Shown: positions 35,145 through 44,213, counted from the stretch's first letter. The stretch: 64,000 nucleotides of DNA from an uncultured Eubacterium sp. (GCA_934322085.1 CAKRGF010000010.1:4986-68985), one strand, 5' to 3'. Numbers and translations: made by a program. The notes: generated by a model not told the origin, from the letters alone.

Positions 35145-35669
35145 ATGGAAATCCTTTATTATATTTCAGATTGCATGATACCATTCGTGATTCTCTATCT
35201 TGTCGGCTATGGCATGTGCAAAAAAGTGGATATTTTTGATTCGTTTATTGAGGGAGCCAAAGATGGATTTTTGACGGTCTATAAAATTCTGCCGACGTTA
35301 ATTGGTTTGATGATTGGTGTAGGAATTTTGCGGCAGTCCGGTTTTATGGAGTGGCTCGCCGGTATATTTGCCCCGGTTGTAAATATCCTTCATTTCCCGG
35401 GCGAACTGCTTCCACTTTTTATCGTGAAAATGTTCTCATCCTCGGCGGCAACCGGTCTTTTACTTGATGTATACAAAACATATGGAACCGATTCCTATCT
35501 TGGCACATTAGCGTCAGTTCTTATGAGCTGTTCGGAAACCATTTTCTATACAATGAGCGTTTATTTTATGACGGCGCGCGTGACAAAAACGCGTTATACA
35601 CTTACCGGAGCGCTGGTGGCAACATTTGCCGGGGCGATGGTGGCAGTTTTGCTGGTAGGTATGTCGTAA
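35145..35669 (+). CDS. spmB: spore maturation protein B
   Basis: 174 aa polytopic protein, ATG immediately after spmA stop; SpmB-like pattern. Confidence 0.8.
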   Translation: MEILYYISDCMIPFVILYLVGYGMCKKVDIFDSFIEGAKDGFLTVYKILPTLIGLMIGVGILRQSGFMEWLAGIFAPVVNILHFPGELLPLFIVKMFSSSAATGLLLDVYKTYGTDSYLGTLASVLMSCSETIFYTMSVYFMTARVTKTRYTLTGALVATFAGAMVAVLLVGMS

Positions 35670-35744
35670 AGGACTAAAGTGAATCTTGCGTTCTTTTATG
35701 GAGAATGCTACAATTGAAAAAAATACAATGTGAGGTGAAAGACT

Positions 35745-35924
35745 ATGTCAAATATTGAAGCGGCACGTAAATTGTATGAGCAATGCAAGGATATGGATAT
35801 AGATGAAACGAGAGAATTAGTTTTGGCGGCAAAAAATGAGGATGAAATTGAATTTTTTTCGCTTTTGAGTGATTTTATTTTACAAAGAAAGCAAAAGAAA
35901 GTTATTGAGCAGGGGAGATTTTAG
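35745..35924 (+). CDS. small acidic protein, candidate antitoxin of the downstream zeta-like ATPase
   Basis: A 59-aa ORF, below the ORF-track cutoff: MSNIEAARKLYEQCKDMDIDETRELVLAAKNEDEIEFFSLLSDFILQRKQKKVIEQGRF. Its TAG stop overlaps the GTG start of the next gene (TAGTG). Confidence 0.45.
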   Translation: MSNIEAARKLYEQCKDMDIDETRELVLAAKNEDEIEFFSLLSDFILQRKQKKVIEQGRF

Positions 35925-36484
35925 TGAAGAAATACGAAATTTTTGCGGGAGTAAATGGCGCGGGAAAATCTACATTATATGCAACAAACCATGTTGTAGC
36001 TGGTGAAAATAGGGTGAATACAGATGAAATTCTGAAAAATATGGGAGATTGGCGGGATACTGCTCTTTTAGCAAAGGCAGGTATGGAAGCTGTTTCCAGG
36101 ATACGGAAGTATTTTAAAGAAGGAAGTTCATTCAATCAGGAAACTACTTTGTGTGGTCATGCCATATTTCGGAATATATTGAAGGCAAAAGAATTGGGCT
36201 ATTTAGTAGAAATGCATTATGTAGGAGTGGATTCTGCTGAAATTGCGAAGAAGCGAATTTCACATAGAGTGGCTATGGGAGGTCATGGGATTCCTGATGC
36301 AGATGTGGAACGAAGATATGGGGAGAGTTTAAAAAATTTATATAAGGTAATCCCGTTATGTGATTTGGTTGATTTGTATGATAATACACAAATATTTAGG
36401 AGATTTGCTATTATTAGAAAAGGAGAGATTGTTCGTTTATCTGCTAATGTTCCTTCGTGGTTTGACGTAAGTGTTCTTAAATAA
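35924..36484 (+). CDS. zeta-toxin-like P-loop kinase/ATPase (COG4185-type)
   Basis: 186 aa; Walker A AGVNGAGKST; HYVGVDSAEIAKKRISHRVAMGGHGIPDADVERRY block typical of zeta toxin family. Confidence 0.7.
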   Translation: MKKYEIFAGVNGAGKSTLYATNHVVAGENRVNTDEILKNMGDWRDTALLAKAGMEAVSRIRKYFKEGSSFNQETTLCGHAIFRNILKAKELGYLVEMHYVGVDSAEIAKKRISHRVAMGGHGIPDADVERRYGESLKNLYKVIPLCDLVDLYDNTQIFRRFAIIRKGEIVRLSANVPSWFDVSVLK

Positions 36485-36607
36485 TTTATTATCATTTTCT
36501 TGTAAAAAAATTCCTTACTTTTGCAACATTTTCCAGTTATCATTCGTTATATAAGTACAGGGTACATGATTGATGGACGTGTAAATGAAAGTAAGGAGTG
36601 AGATTTT

Positions 36608-37714
36608 ATGAAAGTGAAAAAGATTTTGGCGTCGATGTTTTTGCTGTTTTTTGCACTGTGTCTGAAAACAAATGTTTCAAATGCAGCGGAGATTTCTGCG
36701 ATGGAGCGGTTGGATTACTGGGATATTACTAAGGAATATACGATTACCAATCAGGATGCAACCTATCATGCTTATTTATCGAAAGATAAAAAAGAAAGTT
36801 GGATTTTTAAAGCAGATGTTGCAAAGGACAAGAAAAATGTTAAGGTGGTAATTCCGGATAAAATTGAGAATGCACCGGTTGTTATAGTTGGAGTAACCAG
36901 TGGATATGAGGAAATTTTAGCCAAACAAAATCTTGGAAGTGTTGGCATAAAGGGATCGGATGGCTCTTATTATCTGGATGCGGACGTAACTTTTTGGGGA
37001 GATTTTTTGGAACCGTGGCATTACTCGGGTCCATATAAAAAGAATATTAAATCAATTACAATGCCGGACACAGTAAGGTACCTTGGTACAGCAGCATTTG
37101 CGTACACAACATCCTTAGAAACGATTCATTTGTCAAATCAGCTCGTGTCACTGCGCAATTACACTTTTTTGGGATGTAAAAATCTTAGGAAGATAGATAC
37201 CTCTGCTAAAGTAAAAGTAGAAGCTAAAGAAGCATTTACCGGCTGCAGCAAACTGGCAGGACTTGCTTATATTACAAAGCATTTAGATGGAGATACATTA
37301 TCATTTTCTAATAACATGGTAATTGATTTGACGGAAAAAGATTTGATTCAGGTAATGCCGGATGCAAAGAAAATCACAATACCAAAAAGCGTGAAATGGA
37401 TTGAGCCGACGGCATTTAAAAACACCAGTATTAAAACGCTAAAAGTGTCGAAGAAAAACAAATATTTTGCGGTTCATAAAAGATGTTTGTATCGGAAGGC
37501 AGAAAAAGAACTTGTTTATGTGTTTGGCAAGGGAAGCACGTTGACATTGTCGAAAAAAATAAAACAGATTAGTGAAGACGTGTTTGTAACCAAGACTAAA
37601 TTGAAAAAGCTAATCATTTCACATAAAGTAAAACGGTATAACAATTGGAAAAAGCCATTTGTTAAGAATAATAAAAAGATAAAGATTTATTACCGTGGGA
37701 AAAGAGTGAAGTAG
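36608..37714 (+). CDS. secreted leucine-rich-repeat (BspA/LRR_5-type) protein
   Basis: 368 aa; signal peptide; repeated I.IP..V..IG..AF..C..L..I pattern. Confidence 0.65.
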   Translation: MKVKKILASMFLLFFALCLKTNVSNAAEISAMERLDYWDITKEYTITNQDATYHAYLSKDKKESWIFKADVAKDKKNVKVVIPDKIENAPVVIVGVTSGYEEILAKQNLGSVGIKGSDGSYYLDADVTFWGDFLEPWHYSGPYKKNIKSITMPDTVRYLGTAAFAYTTSLETIHLSNQLVSLRNYTFLGCKNLRKIDTSAKVKVEAKEAFTGCSKLAGLAYITKHLDGDTLSFSNNMVIDLTEKDLIQVMPDAKKITIPKSVKWIEPTAFKNTSIKTLKVSKKNKYFAVHKRCLYRKAEKELVYVFGKGSTLTLSKKIKQISEDVFVTKTKLKKLIISHKVKRYNNWKKPFVKNNKKIKIYYRGKRVK

Positions 37715-37727
37715 GGAGGTTTTGCTT

Positions 37728-38927
37728 ATGAGAAAAGAAATTTTGTTAGCGTGTGCGTGTGTACTTTGTTTATCAGCATGTGGGACTGGCACAAAGGAGC
37801 AGTCAAAAAATCCGCAGAAGGCGTTGGAGGTAGGAGCAGAAACAACGCCAAAAAGTGTTGAAGCAACGAGCAGTCCTATGGTACAAAAAATAAAAAACAC
37901 AAGCGGGAAAAGGGAAAATCCAAAAGATTTGAAACAAATAAAATTATCCGTTGAGCGCTGGGATACGAAGCAAAAAGATTTTTCTGTTCAGGCAGTCAGA
38001 TTTGGCACTGGCAGTGGCTGTGTTTCGGAATTTGGTCAGAATTGGGAGTTTATTTCTTATAAAGAAAATCTCAAAACGGTTCAAAAGAAAAATCCGTCGT
38101 ATTTTGTGGAATTAACTGATTATCTGGATGAAAATCACACAAAATATAAGGCGGCGCGTTATTTTAAGAATAACAATTCTTATGTCCTTTATGAAAGAAG
38201 TGAGAAAGGGAAGAAACATAATTATTTGTGTCTGGAAAACCAAATGCTTACTTTGGAGTATCCGAAATATATGAATGAGAACCAAAAGTATATTTCTTTT
38301 CCATATCCGTCATGTAAGAGTCTTTCTGATTTTAAAATCGAAGAATCTTGGGAGAAAAATGAAGACTTTTACGAAAAGGAATTTTGGCAGTTATATTCAT
38401 ATGAGGATTTAAAAGCATTTTATCAGAATTTTGAAAAAGGTACTGCCGAATGTTCTGATAAAACGCAGACTATTCTTGTGAAAGCAATGGAACACGATTA
38501 TGATAATAAAACAAGTGATGCAAGTGTTTTGCTTGATTTTAAAAATCATAATTTTATTGTGAAGAACCCACAGGGTAAAAAGATTTTTGATAAAAATGAC
38601 GTATGGAAAGCGTATGAAAAGCAGTATACAAGTGCCGGAAAATTTGGCAGTAAAGAGTTTTTCTATAATAAAAGCAGTGTGAATATTTTATGTGTGGAAA
38701 AAGGAAAAAGAACGGTATGCATTGAGAATCAGGATGAGAGAGATACCCTGTTTGAGGATTTGGGCTGGAACTGTGTAGGAACAAGTATGGATATGAAAGT
38801 TTCGCCAAAATCAAATTCTAAAAATATATATTTAGATGTCACACTCCATATGGAGGAGGATGGCAAGTGGGATAATCATGCGGTGCTTAAACTTGACAAA
38901 GATGGAAAATTTTTGGAATGTAAATAA
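37728..38927 (+). CDS. lipoprotein, unknown function
   Basis: lipobox CLSACG; about 399 aa, no recognisable motif. Confidence 0.55.
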   Translation: MRKEILLACACVLCLSACGTGTKEQSKNPQKALEVGAETTPKSVEATSSPMVQKIKNTSGKRENPKDLKQIKLSVERWDTKQKDFSVQAVRFGTGSGCVSEFGQNWEFISYKENLKTVQKKNPSYFVELTDYLDENHTKYKAARYFKNNNSYVLYERSEKGKKHNYLCLENQMLTLEYPKYMNENQKYISFPYPSCKSLSDFKIEESWEKNEDFYEKEFWQLYSYEDLKAFYQNFEKGTAECSDKTQTILVKAMEHDYDNKTSDASVLLDFKNHNFIVKNPQGKKIFDKNDVWKAYEKQYTSAGKFGSKEFFYNKSSVNILCVEKGKRTVCIENQDERDTLFEDLGWNCVGTSMDMKVSPKSNSKNIYLDVTLHMEEDGKWDNHAVLKLDKDGKFLECK

Positions 38928-38929
38928 AG

Positions 38930-38958
38930 GTTGTGAAGTGTAATGAAATATGTTATAC
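38930..38958 (+). promoter_or_regulatory. candidate sigma-A promoter (extended -10) of the small toxin gene
   Basis: TTGTGA-17 nt-TATACT with TGT immediately upstream of -10. Confidence 0.5.
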
Positions 38959-39047
38959 TTTGCCTGCGGGAAACTAGAGAGCCGGGCGGCTTACCCTCTT
39001 TTTCGGAGGGGCTAACCCTCCAGACGAAAGAAAGGAGGGCGTTGCCA

Positions 39048-39143
39048 ATGTATGTTACATATACTGATTTAATTCAGATTGGAATATTCATTTGCGCCCT
39101 TGTCGGATTGTGTTATACGATTTTCAAGGGAAAACGAAAATAG
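39048..39143 (+). CDS. 31-aa hydrophobic peptide, Hol-Tox-like (putative holin-like toxin, type I toxin candidate)
   Basis: MYVTYTDLIQIGIFICALVGLCYTIFKGKRK has a single TM helix and a basic tail. It has a strong aaaggaggg RBS that can be sequestered by upstream ccctc(c) tracts. Confidence 0.55.
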   Translation: MYVTYTDLIQIGIFICALVGLCYTIFKGKRK

Positions 39144-39231
39144 CCGCCATTACAGCGAATAATGACGGCTAATCTTACAAAGATTTGATTTAGTATTCGA
39201 GGTAAGCCGCTTTTCTAGCTTCCCTCTTTCT
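39125..39231 (-). ncRNA. candidate convergent antisense sRNA (type I antitoxin candidate)
   Basis: A minus-strand promoter TTGCAC-17-TATATT (with TGa extension) lies at 39238-39266. A minus-strand hairpin at 39141-39171 followed by UUUUCGUUUU would end the transcript over the 3' end of the toxin ORF. Confidence 0.35.
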
Positions 39232-39339
39232 GTGTCTAATATATCATATTTTCTTAGTGTGTGCAAGAAAAAAGGAATTCTTTTGTTGTAAATTAAAGTG
39301 CTTCTAGAAATCACATGTTTTTCCGGGTGATAAAACATA

Positions 39340-39391
39340 TTGACATTTGGGAAAAACAAATGTATACTATGACAAGATAAAAGGTTTACAT
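39340..39391 (+). promoter_or_regulatory. bioY promoter with overlapping BirA-operator-like inverted repeat
   Basis: TTGACA (39340)-17 nt-TATACT (39363); inverted repeat ATGTATAC (39360)-N16-GTTTACAT (39384) overlaps the -10. Confidence 0.5.
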
Positions 39392-39413
39392 TTGAAAAAA
39401 CGGAGGATGAACA

Positions 39414-39965
39414 ATGAAAGAAAAAAAGTTTTTTTACCTGAAAGATATGGTGTTAATGGCGTTATTTGCAGCGCTTACCTGTGTACTTGCACCGCTTGCT
39501 GTGCCGATTGGTCCGGTGCCGATATCGCTGACAAACCTTGTGATTTATTTTAGTTTGTATGTGCTTGGATGGCAGCGGGCAACCATCACGTACATTGTAT
39601 ACCTGCTGCTTGGTCTGGTTGGACTTCCGGTATTCTCTGGATTTGAAGGCGGCGTTGGTAAAGTTGCCGGTCCTACTGGCGGTTACTTAATTGGATTTAT
39701 TTTCATGGCAATTGTATGTGGTCTTTTGATGCAGGTTAAGAAGGACAAGAAGATTGTAAATATTGTTTTCTGTGTTGTCGGAATGATTGTTGGTACCGTG
39801 ATTGCATATGCATTTGGTACGATGTGGTTTTGCTATTCGACAGGAACAGGACTTGGCGCAGCAATGGCGCTTTGTGTAATTCCATTTATTCCGGGCGATT
39901 TGATTAAAATTGCGATTGCAGCAGTTGTTGCACCGACAGTTGCAAACCAGATAAAACGAATTTAA
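39414..39965 (+). CDS. bioY: biotin transporter S-component BioY
   Basis: 183 aa; PISLTNLVIYFSLYVLG, GPTGGYLIGF and PFIPGDLIK motifs typical of BioY. Confidence 0.9.
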   Translation: MKEKKFFYLKDMVLMALFAALTCVLAPLAVPIGPVPISLTNLVIYFSLYVLGWQRATITYIVYLLLGLVGLPVFSGFEGGVGKVAGPTGGYLIGFIFMAIVCGLLMQVKKDKKIVNIVFCVVGMIVGTVIAYAFGTMWFCYSTGTGLGAAMALCVIPFIPGDLIKIAIAAVVAPTVANQIKRI

Positions 39966-39987
39966 GAAATAAGAAAAGATTCAAAAT

Positions 39988-40058
39988 AAAAAGGAGCAGC
40001 TCTCCATGTACCACCGTGTTTACACGTAAGAGACATGGATAACTGCTCCTTTTGTTTT
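39988..40058. terminator. bidirectional terminator between bioY and trpS
   Basis: aaaaaggagcag..tccatgt / acatgga..ctgctcctttt long stem flanked by A-run and T-run. Confidence 0.75.
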
Positions 40059-40077
40059 ATTCGTTATGCAGGAAACA

Positions 40078-41121
40078 TTAATCAAAGTAATCAATTTTCA
40101 TTGCATGTTTTACTTCACTCAAAGTACCGGCAGCGACTTCTTTAGCCTTAATACTTCCTTTGTGCAAAATTTCCATAACGGCCGGAATATCTTTTTCAAG
40201 CTCTTTTCTTCTTGCCTGAATTGGAGAAAGTTCCTCCATAATAACAGAGTACAAAAATTTCTTAACCTTCACGTCACCCAGACCTCCGCGGGTGTAGTGG
40301 TCTTTTAATTCCTGTAAACAATTGTAATCCGGCAGGTATTCTGCAAACAATTCATCCTTGCAGAAAGCATCCAAATAAGTAAATACCGTGTTTCCTTCCA
40401 ATTTTCCCGGATCCTCAATGCGAATGTGGTCTGGATCGGTGTACATACTCATGATTTTTTTGCGGATATCTTCCGGCTCATCAGACAGATAAATACAGTT
40501 GCCAAGGGATTTGCTCATTTTTGCCTTGCCGTCGGTACCAGGCAGGCGGCTGCAAATTTCATTTTCCGGCAAAAGTGCTTTCGGCTCAACCAAAACCTCA
40601 TCGTAAGTAGTGTTAAAACTGCGGACAATTTCACGTGCCTGCTCAAGCATTGGCAGCTGATCCTCGCCAACCGGTACAGTCGTTGCTTTAAAGGCAGTGA
40701 TGTCAGCAGCCTGACTGATTGGGTAAGTAAAGAAACCAACCGGAATACTTGCATTAAAGCCACGCATCTGAATTTCTGATTTAACCGTAGGATTTCGTTT
40801 CAATCTTGAAACTGTAACTAAGTTGCTGTAATAAAAAGTAAGTTCTGTAAGTTCGGAGACATACGACTGAACGAAAAGGTTCGATTTCTCCGGGTCAAGT
40901 CCACAGGACAAATAATCTAGAGCAACTTCCGAAATGTTTTTACGAACTTTTTCCGGGTTATCTGCATTATCCGTTAAAGCCTGTGCATCTGCAATCATAA
41001 TGTAAATATCATCATATTCGCCGGAATTCTGTAATTCCACACGGCGTTTCAAGGAGCCTACATAGTGACCGACGTGAAGTTTGCCGGTAGGACGGTCTCC
41101 TGTCAAAATAATCTTTTTCAT
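40078..41121 (-). CDS. trpS: tryptophan--tRNA ligase
   Basis: Has the HIGH motif ([11 protein letters not shown]) and the KMSKS motif. ATG 41121 is preceded by a ggaggaag RBS. Confidence 0.92.
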   Translation of the reverse strand: MKKIILTGDRPTGKLHVGHYVGSLKRRVELQNSGEYDDIYIMIADAQALTDNADNPEKVRKNISEVALDYLSCGLDPEKSNLFVQSYVSELTELTFYYSNLVTVSRLKRNPTVKSEIQMRGFNASIPVGFFTYPISQAADITAFKATTVPVGEDQLPMLEQAREIVRSFNTTYDEVLVEPKALLPENEICSRLPGTDGKAKMSKSLGNCIYLSDEPEDIRKKIMSMYTDPDHIRIEDPGKLEGNTVFTYLDAFCKDELFAEYLPDYNCLQELKDHYTRGGLGDVKVKKFLYSVIMEELSPIQARRKELEKDIPAVMEILHKGSIKAKEVAAGTLSEVKHAMKIDYFD

Positions 41122-41240
41122 TTCTTCCTCCAATCCGGAGCCTTGCATGTTATCAAATCTCCGTAGCAATTTTCATAAGAACAATTTTAATAGGTATTGT
41201 AACAAAAGTCAATGTTGGGATAGAAACAGTTTGGGGGGAA

Positions 41241-41442
41241 GTGTTCGCTGGTACTTTTTGTTTTCCGTAATTCCATAGAAAGGCTTTGCGTCTCGTGGGC
41301 GCTCCCGCTCGTTGAGTGCGTAGCGGTATGGGTGCTTATGCTCACGCATATACAAGCACCTCATACCGACGTACTCAAAACCCACGAGCTACAAAGCTTT
41401 TCTACGGAATTACTGGAATCCAAAGGAACTGGCAGCGAACAC
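41241..41442. repeat. long palindrome (about 200 bp), family P1, copy 3
   Basis: It shares the core gctttgcgtctcgtgggcgctcccg...ttgagtgcgtagcggtatggg / cataccgacgtactcaa and the outer arms gtgttcgctg...cagcgaacac with copies at 3016 and 3339. Confidence 0.85.
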
Positions 41443-41722
41443 TTAACCCGGGTCACTGCCCTGAAACTCACAAACAACCGTTTCCCTCGAAAAGTGCAAA
41501 AAGAGTTGCATGCTTTTTCGGCATAAACAACCATAAAAGCAAAAAATTTCGGAAAAAGTTGCATTTATCTCGTGATTTCTCCTGATATGACCGAATTTCA
41601 CCACAAAAACACATCAAAATGCAACCCTATAACACAAATTAAAGAAAAAGAGTTGCCTAGGCCCCATAAAGCCACCTCACCTCGCCCAAACACACACTGT
41701 AAACCAATCCCCAAAACAACCT

Positions 41723-41759
41723 CCCCCATCAGTCCCCTCCCCCATCAGTCCCCTCCCCC
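41723..41759. repeat. C-rich 16-bp tandem repeat (2.3 copies)
   Basis: cccccatcagtcccct x2 plus partial third copy. Confidence 0.8.
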
Positions 41760-41774
41760 TTCACAAATCAGAAT

Positions 41775-41956
41775 CGTTGCCAAGTTTTTTGGTGTCTGTA
41801 AATAAGCAAGAATAGCTTGCAAAGAGTGGGTACAAACACGTGGGTATCAGGCATGTGTTGTTTACATGCCGATACCCCTACGCGTTTGTTTAGCGAAAGC
41901 GCCCACTCTTCGCAAGCTATTCTTGCTTATTTACGGAAACTCAAAAAACTTCAACG
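41775..41956. repeat. long palindrome (about 180 bp), P1-related termini with a different core
   Basis: Arms are taaataagcaagaatagcttgc.aagagtggg / cccactcttcgcaagctattcttgcttattta. The outer ttttttg.gt.tc.gtaaat arms resemble the P1 termini. Confidence 0.8.
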
Positions 41957-42061
41957 AACATTTGACACAGCCCCCAATCTAAAATATAATTTTCATATTA
42001 GTAAGTAGGGTGCGGTAAAAGGATTTTATTATAGCAAAGCAGCAAAGAAAGGAAAAACAGG

Positions 42062-43225
42062 ATGAAAAAGACAGGCAGATTAGCAGCGGCAGTGTTCGCG
42101 GCTATGTTACTGGCAACCGGCTGTGGTGCTCCGGCGGAGAAAAAAGCCGTGGAGGCAACACCGGCACAAAGTTCAAAAATTGAACAGAAAGAAGAGGGTA
42201 AAAATTTGAAAGATGCATTTAAAAAGGATTTTAAAGTTGGGGTTGCGGTTAATCCGTACCAGTTAAAGGATGAACAGACAAAGAAAATCATTCTTGAAAA
42301 TTTTAACAGCATTACGATGGAAAATGGCATGAAACCGGAGGCAATTTTAGACCAGCGGGCGTCGGAAAACAGCAAAGACGGCATGCCGGCGATTAATGAA
42401 GAAAATTTGGAGGAGTGTCTTTCGCTGGCAAAAGACAATGGGCTTGTACTTCGCGGACACTGCCTTGTCTGGCACAATCAGACGCCGGAATGGTTTTTCT
42501 GTGAAAAATACGATGCAGGAAATGCCAAAGTGGATAAAGAAACGATGAAAAAAAGAATGGAAAGTTACATTAAAAAAGTTCTGAGTTTCTGCCAGGAAAA
42601 ATATCCGGGAGTTGTCTATGCATGGGATGTTGTGAATGAGGCGTGTGACGACGGTGGCGGATACCGCACTTCCAGTTTGTGGTATGAAATTTACGGCGAT
42701 GAATCATACATTGAGGATGCGTTTACATTTGCGAGAAAATACGCAGATAAAGATGTGAAATTATTTTATAATGACTACAATGAGTATATGCCAAGCAAAG
42801 TAAGTACTATTGCAGAACTTGTGAAAAAATTGTATGATAAGAAATTGATTGACGGTGTGGGTTTCCAGAGTCACTGGGATATGAATTATCCGGATACCGG
42901 CATGATTTCTGACGCGATGCAAAAGTACAGTGAGATTGGTGACTTGGAGATTCAATTTACTGAAGTGGATATGCATAATACCGATGATTCGAAAGAAGGT
43001 TTGAAAAAACTGGCAGACCGTTACAAAGAATTTTTTGAGACGATTGTGAAAGCGGACCGCGAAGGAAAAGCGAATGTGACGAGCGTTACATTCTGGGGAC
43101 TTTCGGATGATGTAACATGGTTGACGGCCTTTAAAGGTGAAGAAAGTTACCCGCTTTTGTTCGATGAAAGCCATAAGAAGAAGGCGTGCTACGACAGTGT
43201 GCTGGCAGTCGGAAACGAAAAGTAA
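42062..43225 (+). CDS. GH10 endo-1,4-beta-xylanase lipoprotein
   Basis: 387 aa; lipobox LATGC; catalytic Glu contexts WDVVNEA and FTEVDM. Confidence 0.88.
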   Translation: MKKTGRLAAAVFAAMLLATGCGAPAEKKAVEATPAQSSKIEQKEEGKNLKDAFKKDFKVGVAVNPYQLKDEQTKKIILENFNSITMENGMKPEAILDQRASENSKDGMPAINEENLEECLSLAKDNGLVLRGHCLVWHNQTPEWFFCEKYDAGNAKVDKETMKKRMESYIKKVLSFCQEKYPGVVYAWDVVNEACDDGGGYRTSSLWYEIYGDESYIEDAFTFARKYADKDVKLFYNDYNEYMPSKVSTIAELVKKLYDKKLIDGVGFQSHWDMNYPDTGMISDAMQKYSEIGDLEIQFTEVDMHNTDDSKEGLKKLADRYKEFFETIVKADREGKANVTSVTFWGLSDDVTWLTAFKGEESYPLLFDESHKKKACYDSVLAVGNEK

Positions 43226-43278
43226 TACGCATAATGGAACAAGCATATAGTGTAAAAAATGACTGGGAGGCAGTGATT

Positions 43279-43710
43279 ATGTCGGACTATATGCGGAAAG
43301 TGTTTTATGTGAGAAAACGGGAAGAAAATCCGGATTGCTCTGTGACAGCCGGTTATGTAAAAGCAGAGCGGAGAAAACAGGTATTAACGCTGACGATTTT
43401 TTTGGATGCGCAGGATTTGCCGGAGGAATGCCCGGTATGTGCCGTTTACTGCACAGGCAGAGAGTGGCAGTGTTTCTTCTGCGGATGGGTTACTTTTGAC
43501 AAAAATGGGACTACCGTCTGCAATTTATTTTTGCCGGACGATGAGACAATTGCCCACGCGGATGCTGTGGCAGGAATCGGAATTTGCAGAAATGGTGTTT
43601 ACTGGGCAGGCCAATTGCCGTGTTTTTATGAATGTCAGGCAGGGGAGCAGTGCAGACGCATGACAGCACTTAGAAAATGCGGCGGTGCGATGTGCGGCTG
43701 CCAGTGTTAG
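43279..43710 (+). CDS. Cys-rich hypothetical protein
   Basis: 143 aa from ATG 43279, which has a gggagg RBS; the ORF track begins at 43186. It has 14 Cys, including a terminal CGGAMCGCQC. No family was recognised. Confidence 0.4.
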   Translation: MSDYMRKVFYVRKREENPDCSVTAGYVKAERRKQVLTLTIFLDAQDLPEECPVCAVYCTGREWQCFFCGWVTFDKNGTTVCNLFLPDDETIAHADAVAGIGICRNGVYWAGQLPCFYECQAGEQCRRMTALRKCGGAMCGCQC

Positions 43711-43742
43711 AGGAAACTTTGCCGGGATTAGGAGGAATCACG

Positions 43743-44207
43743 ATGACAAGCGATGAGTCGTTTATGAAACAGGCAGTGAAGCAGGCGAAAAAGGCGTATG
43801 ACAAACTGGAAACGCCAATTGGCTGTGTGATTGTGTATGAGGATAAAATCATTGCCAGAGGATATAATAAAAGAAATATGAAGAAAAACACGCTTGCTCA
43901 TGCGGAAATTCTTGCGATTAATAAAGCGAGTAAGGTGCTTGGCGACTGGCGGCTTGAAGACTGTACGATGTATGTTACATTAGAGCCGTGTCCGATGTGT
44001 GCCGGAGCGATTGTGCAGGCACGGATTCCGCGCGTGGTGATTGGCAGCATGAATCCAAAAGCGGGATGCGCAGGCTCCGTTTTGAATCTTTTGCAGCAGG
44101 ATGGATTGAACCATCAGGTGGAGATAACAAAGGGTGTACTTGTGGAGGAATGCAGTGGATTGATGACCAGTTTTTTCAGAGAATTGCGAAAAAAGAAAAA
44201 AGCGTAA
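43743..44207 (+). CDS. tadA: tRNA adenosine(34) deaminase
   Basis: HAE zinc motif (HAEILAI) and PCPMCAGA motif; ATG 43743 after aggagga RBS. Confidence 0.92.
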   Translation: MTSDESFMKQAVKQAKKAYDKLETPIGCVIVYEDKIIARGYNKRNMKKNTLAHAEILAINKASKVLGDWRLEDCTMYVTLEPCPMCAGAIVQARIPRVVIGSMNPKAGCAGSVLNLLQQDGLNHQVEITKGVLVEECSGLMTSFFRELRKKKKA

Positions 44208-44213
44208 TGGTAT

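Noticed and set aside
41122-41240. Expected T-box leader upstream of trpS
   Set aside because: Only about 70-120 nt lie between a plausible TTGACT-17-TAAAAT promoter and the RBS. I could find no specifier/T-box (AANNNGGUGGUACCGCG-like) sequence.
41316-42008. Small ORFs in the trpS-xylanase intergenic tract (41316-41585, 41332-41526, 41361-41564, 41572-41805, 41817-42008)
   Set aside because: They read through palindromes and the C-rich tandem repeat. They have Pro/Thr/Lys-biased composition, no RBS and mutually overlapping frames.
41998-42477. 159-aa minus-strand ORF overlapping the xylanase 5' end; likewise 42761-43246 on the minus strand
   Set aside because: They are antisense to a confident GH10 gene with lipobox and catalytic motifs, and have no RBS.
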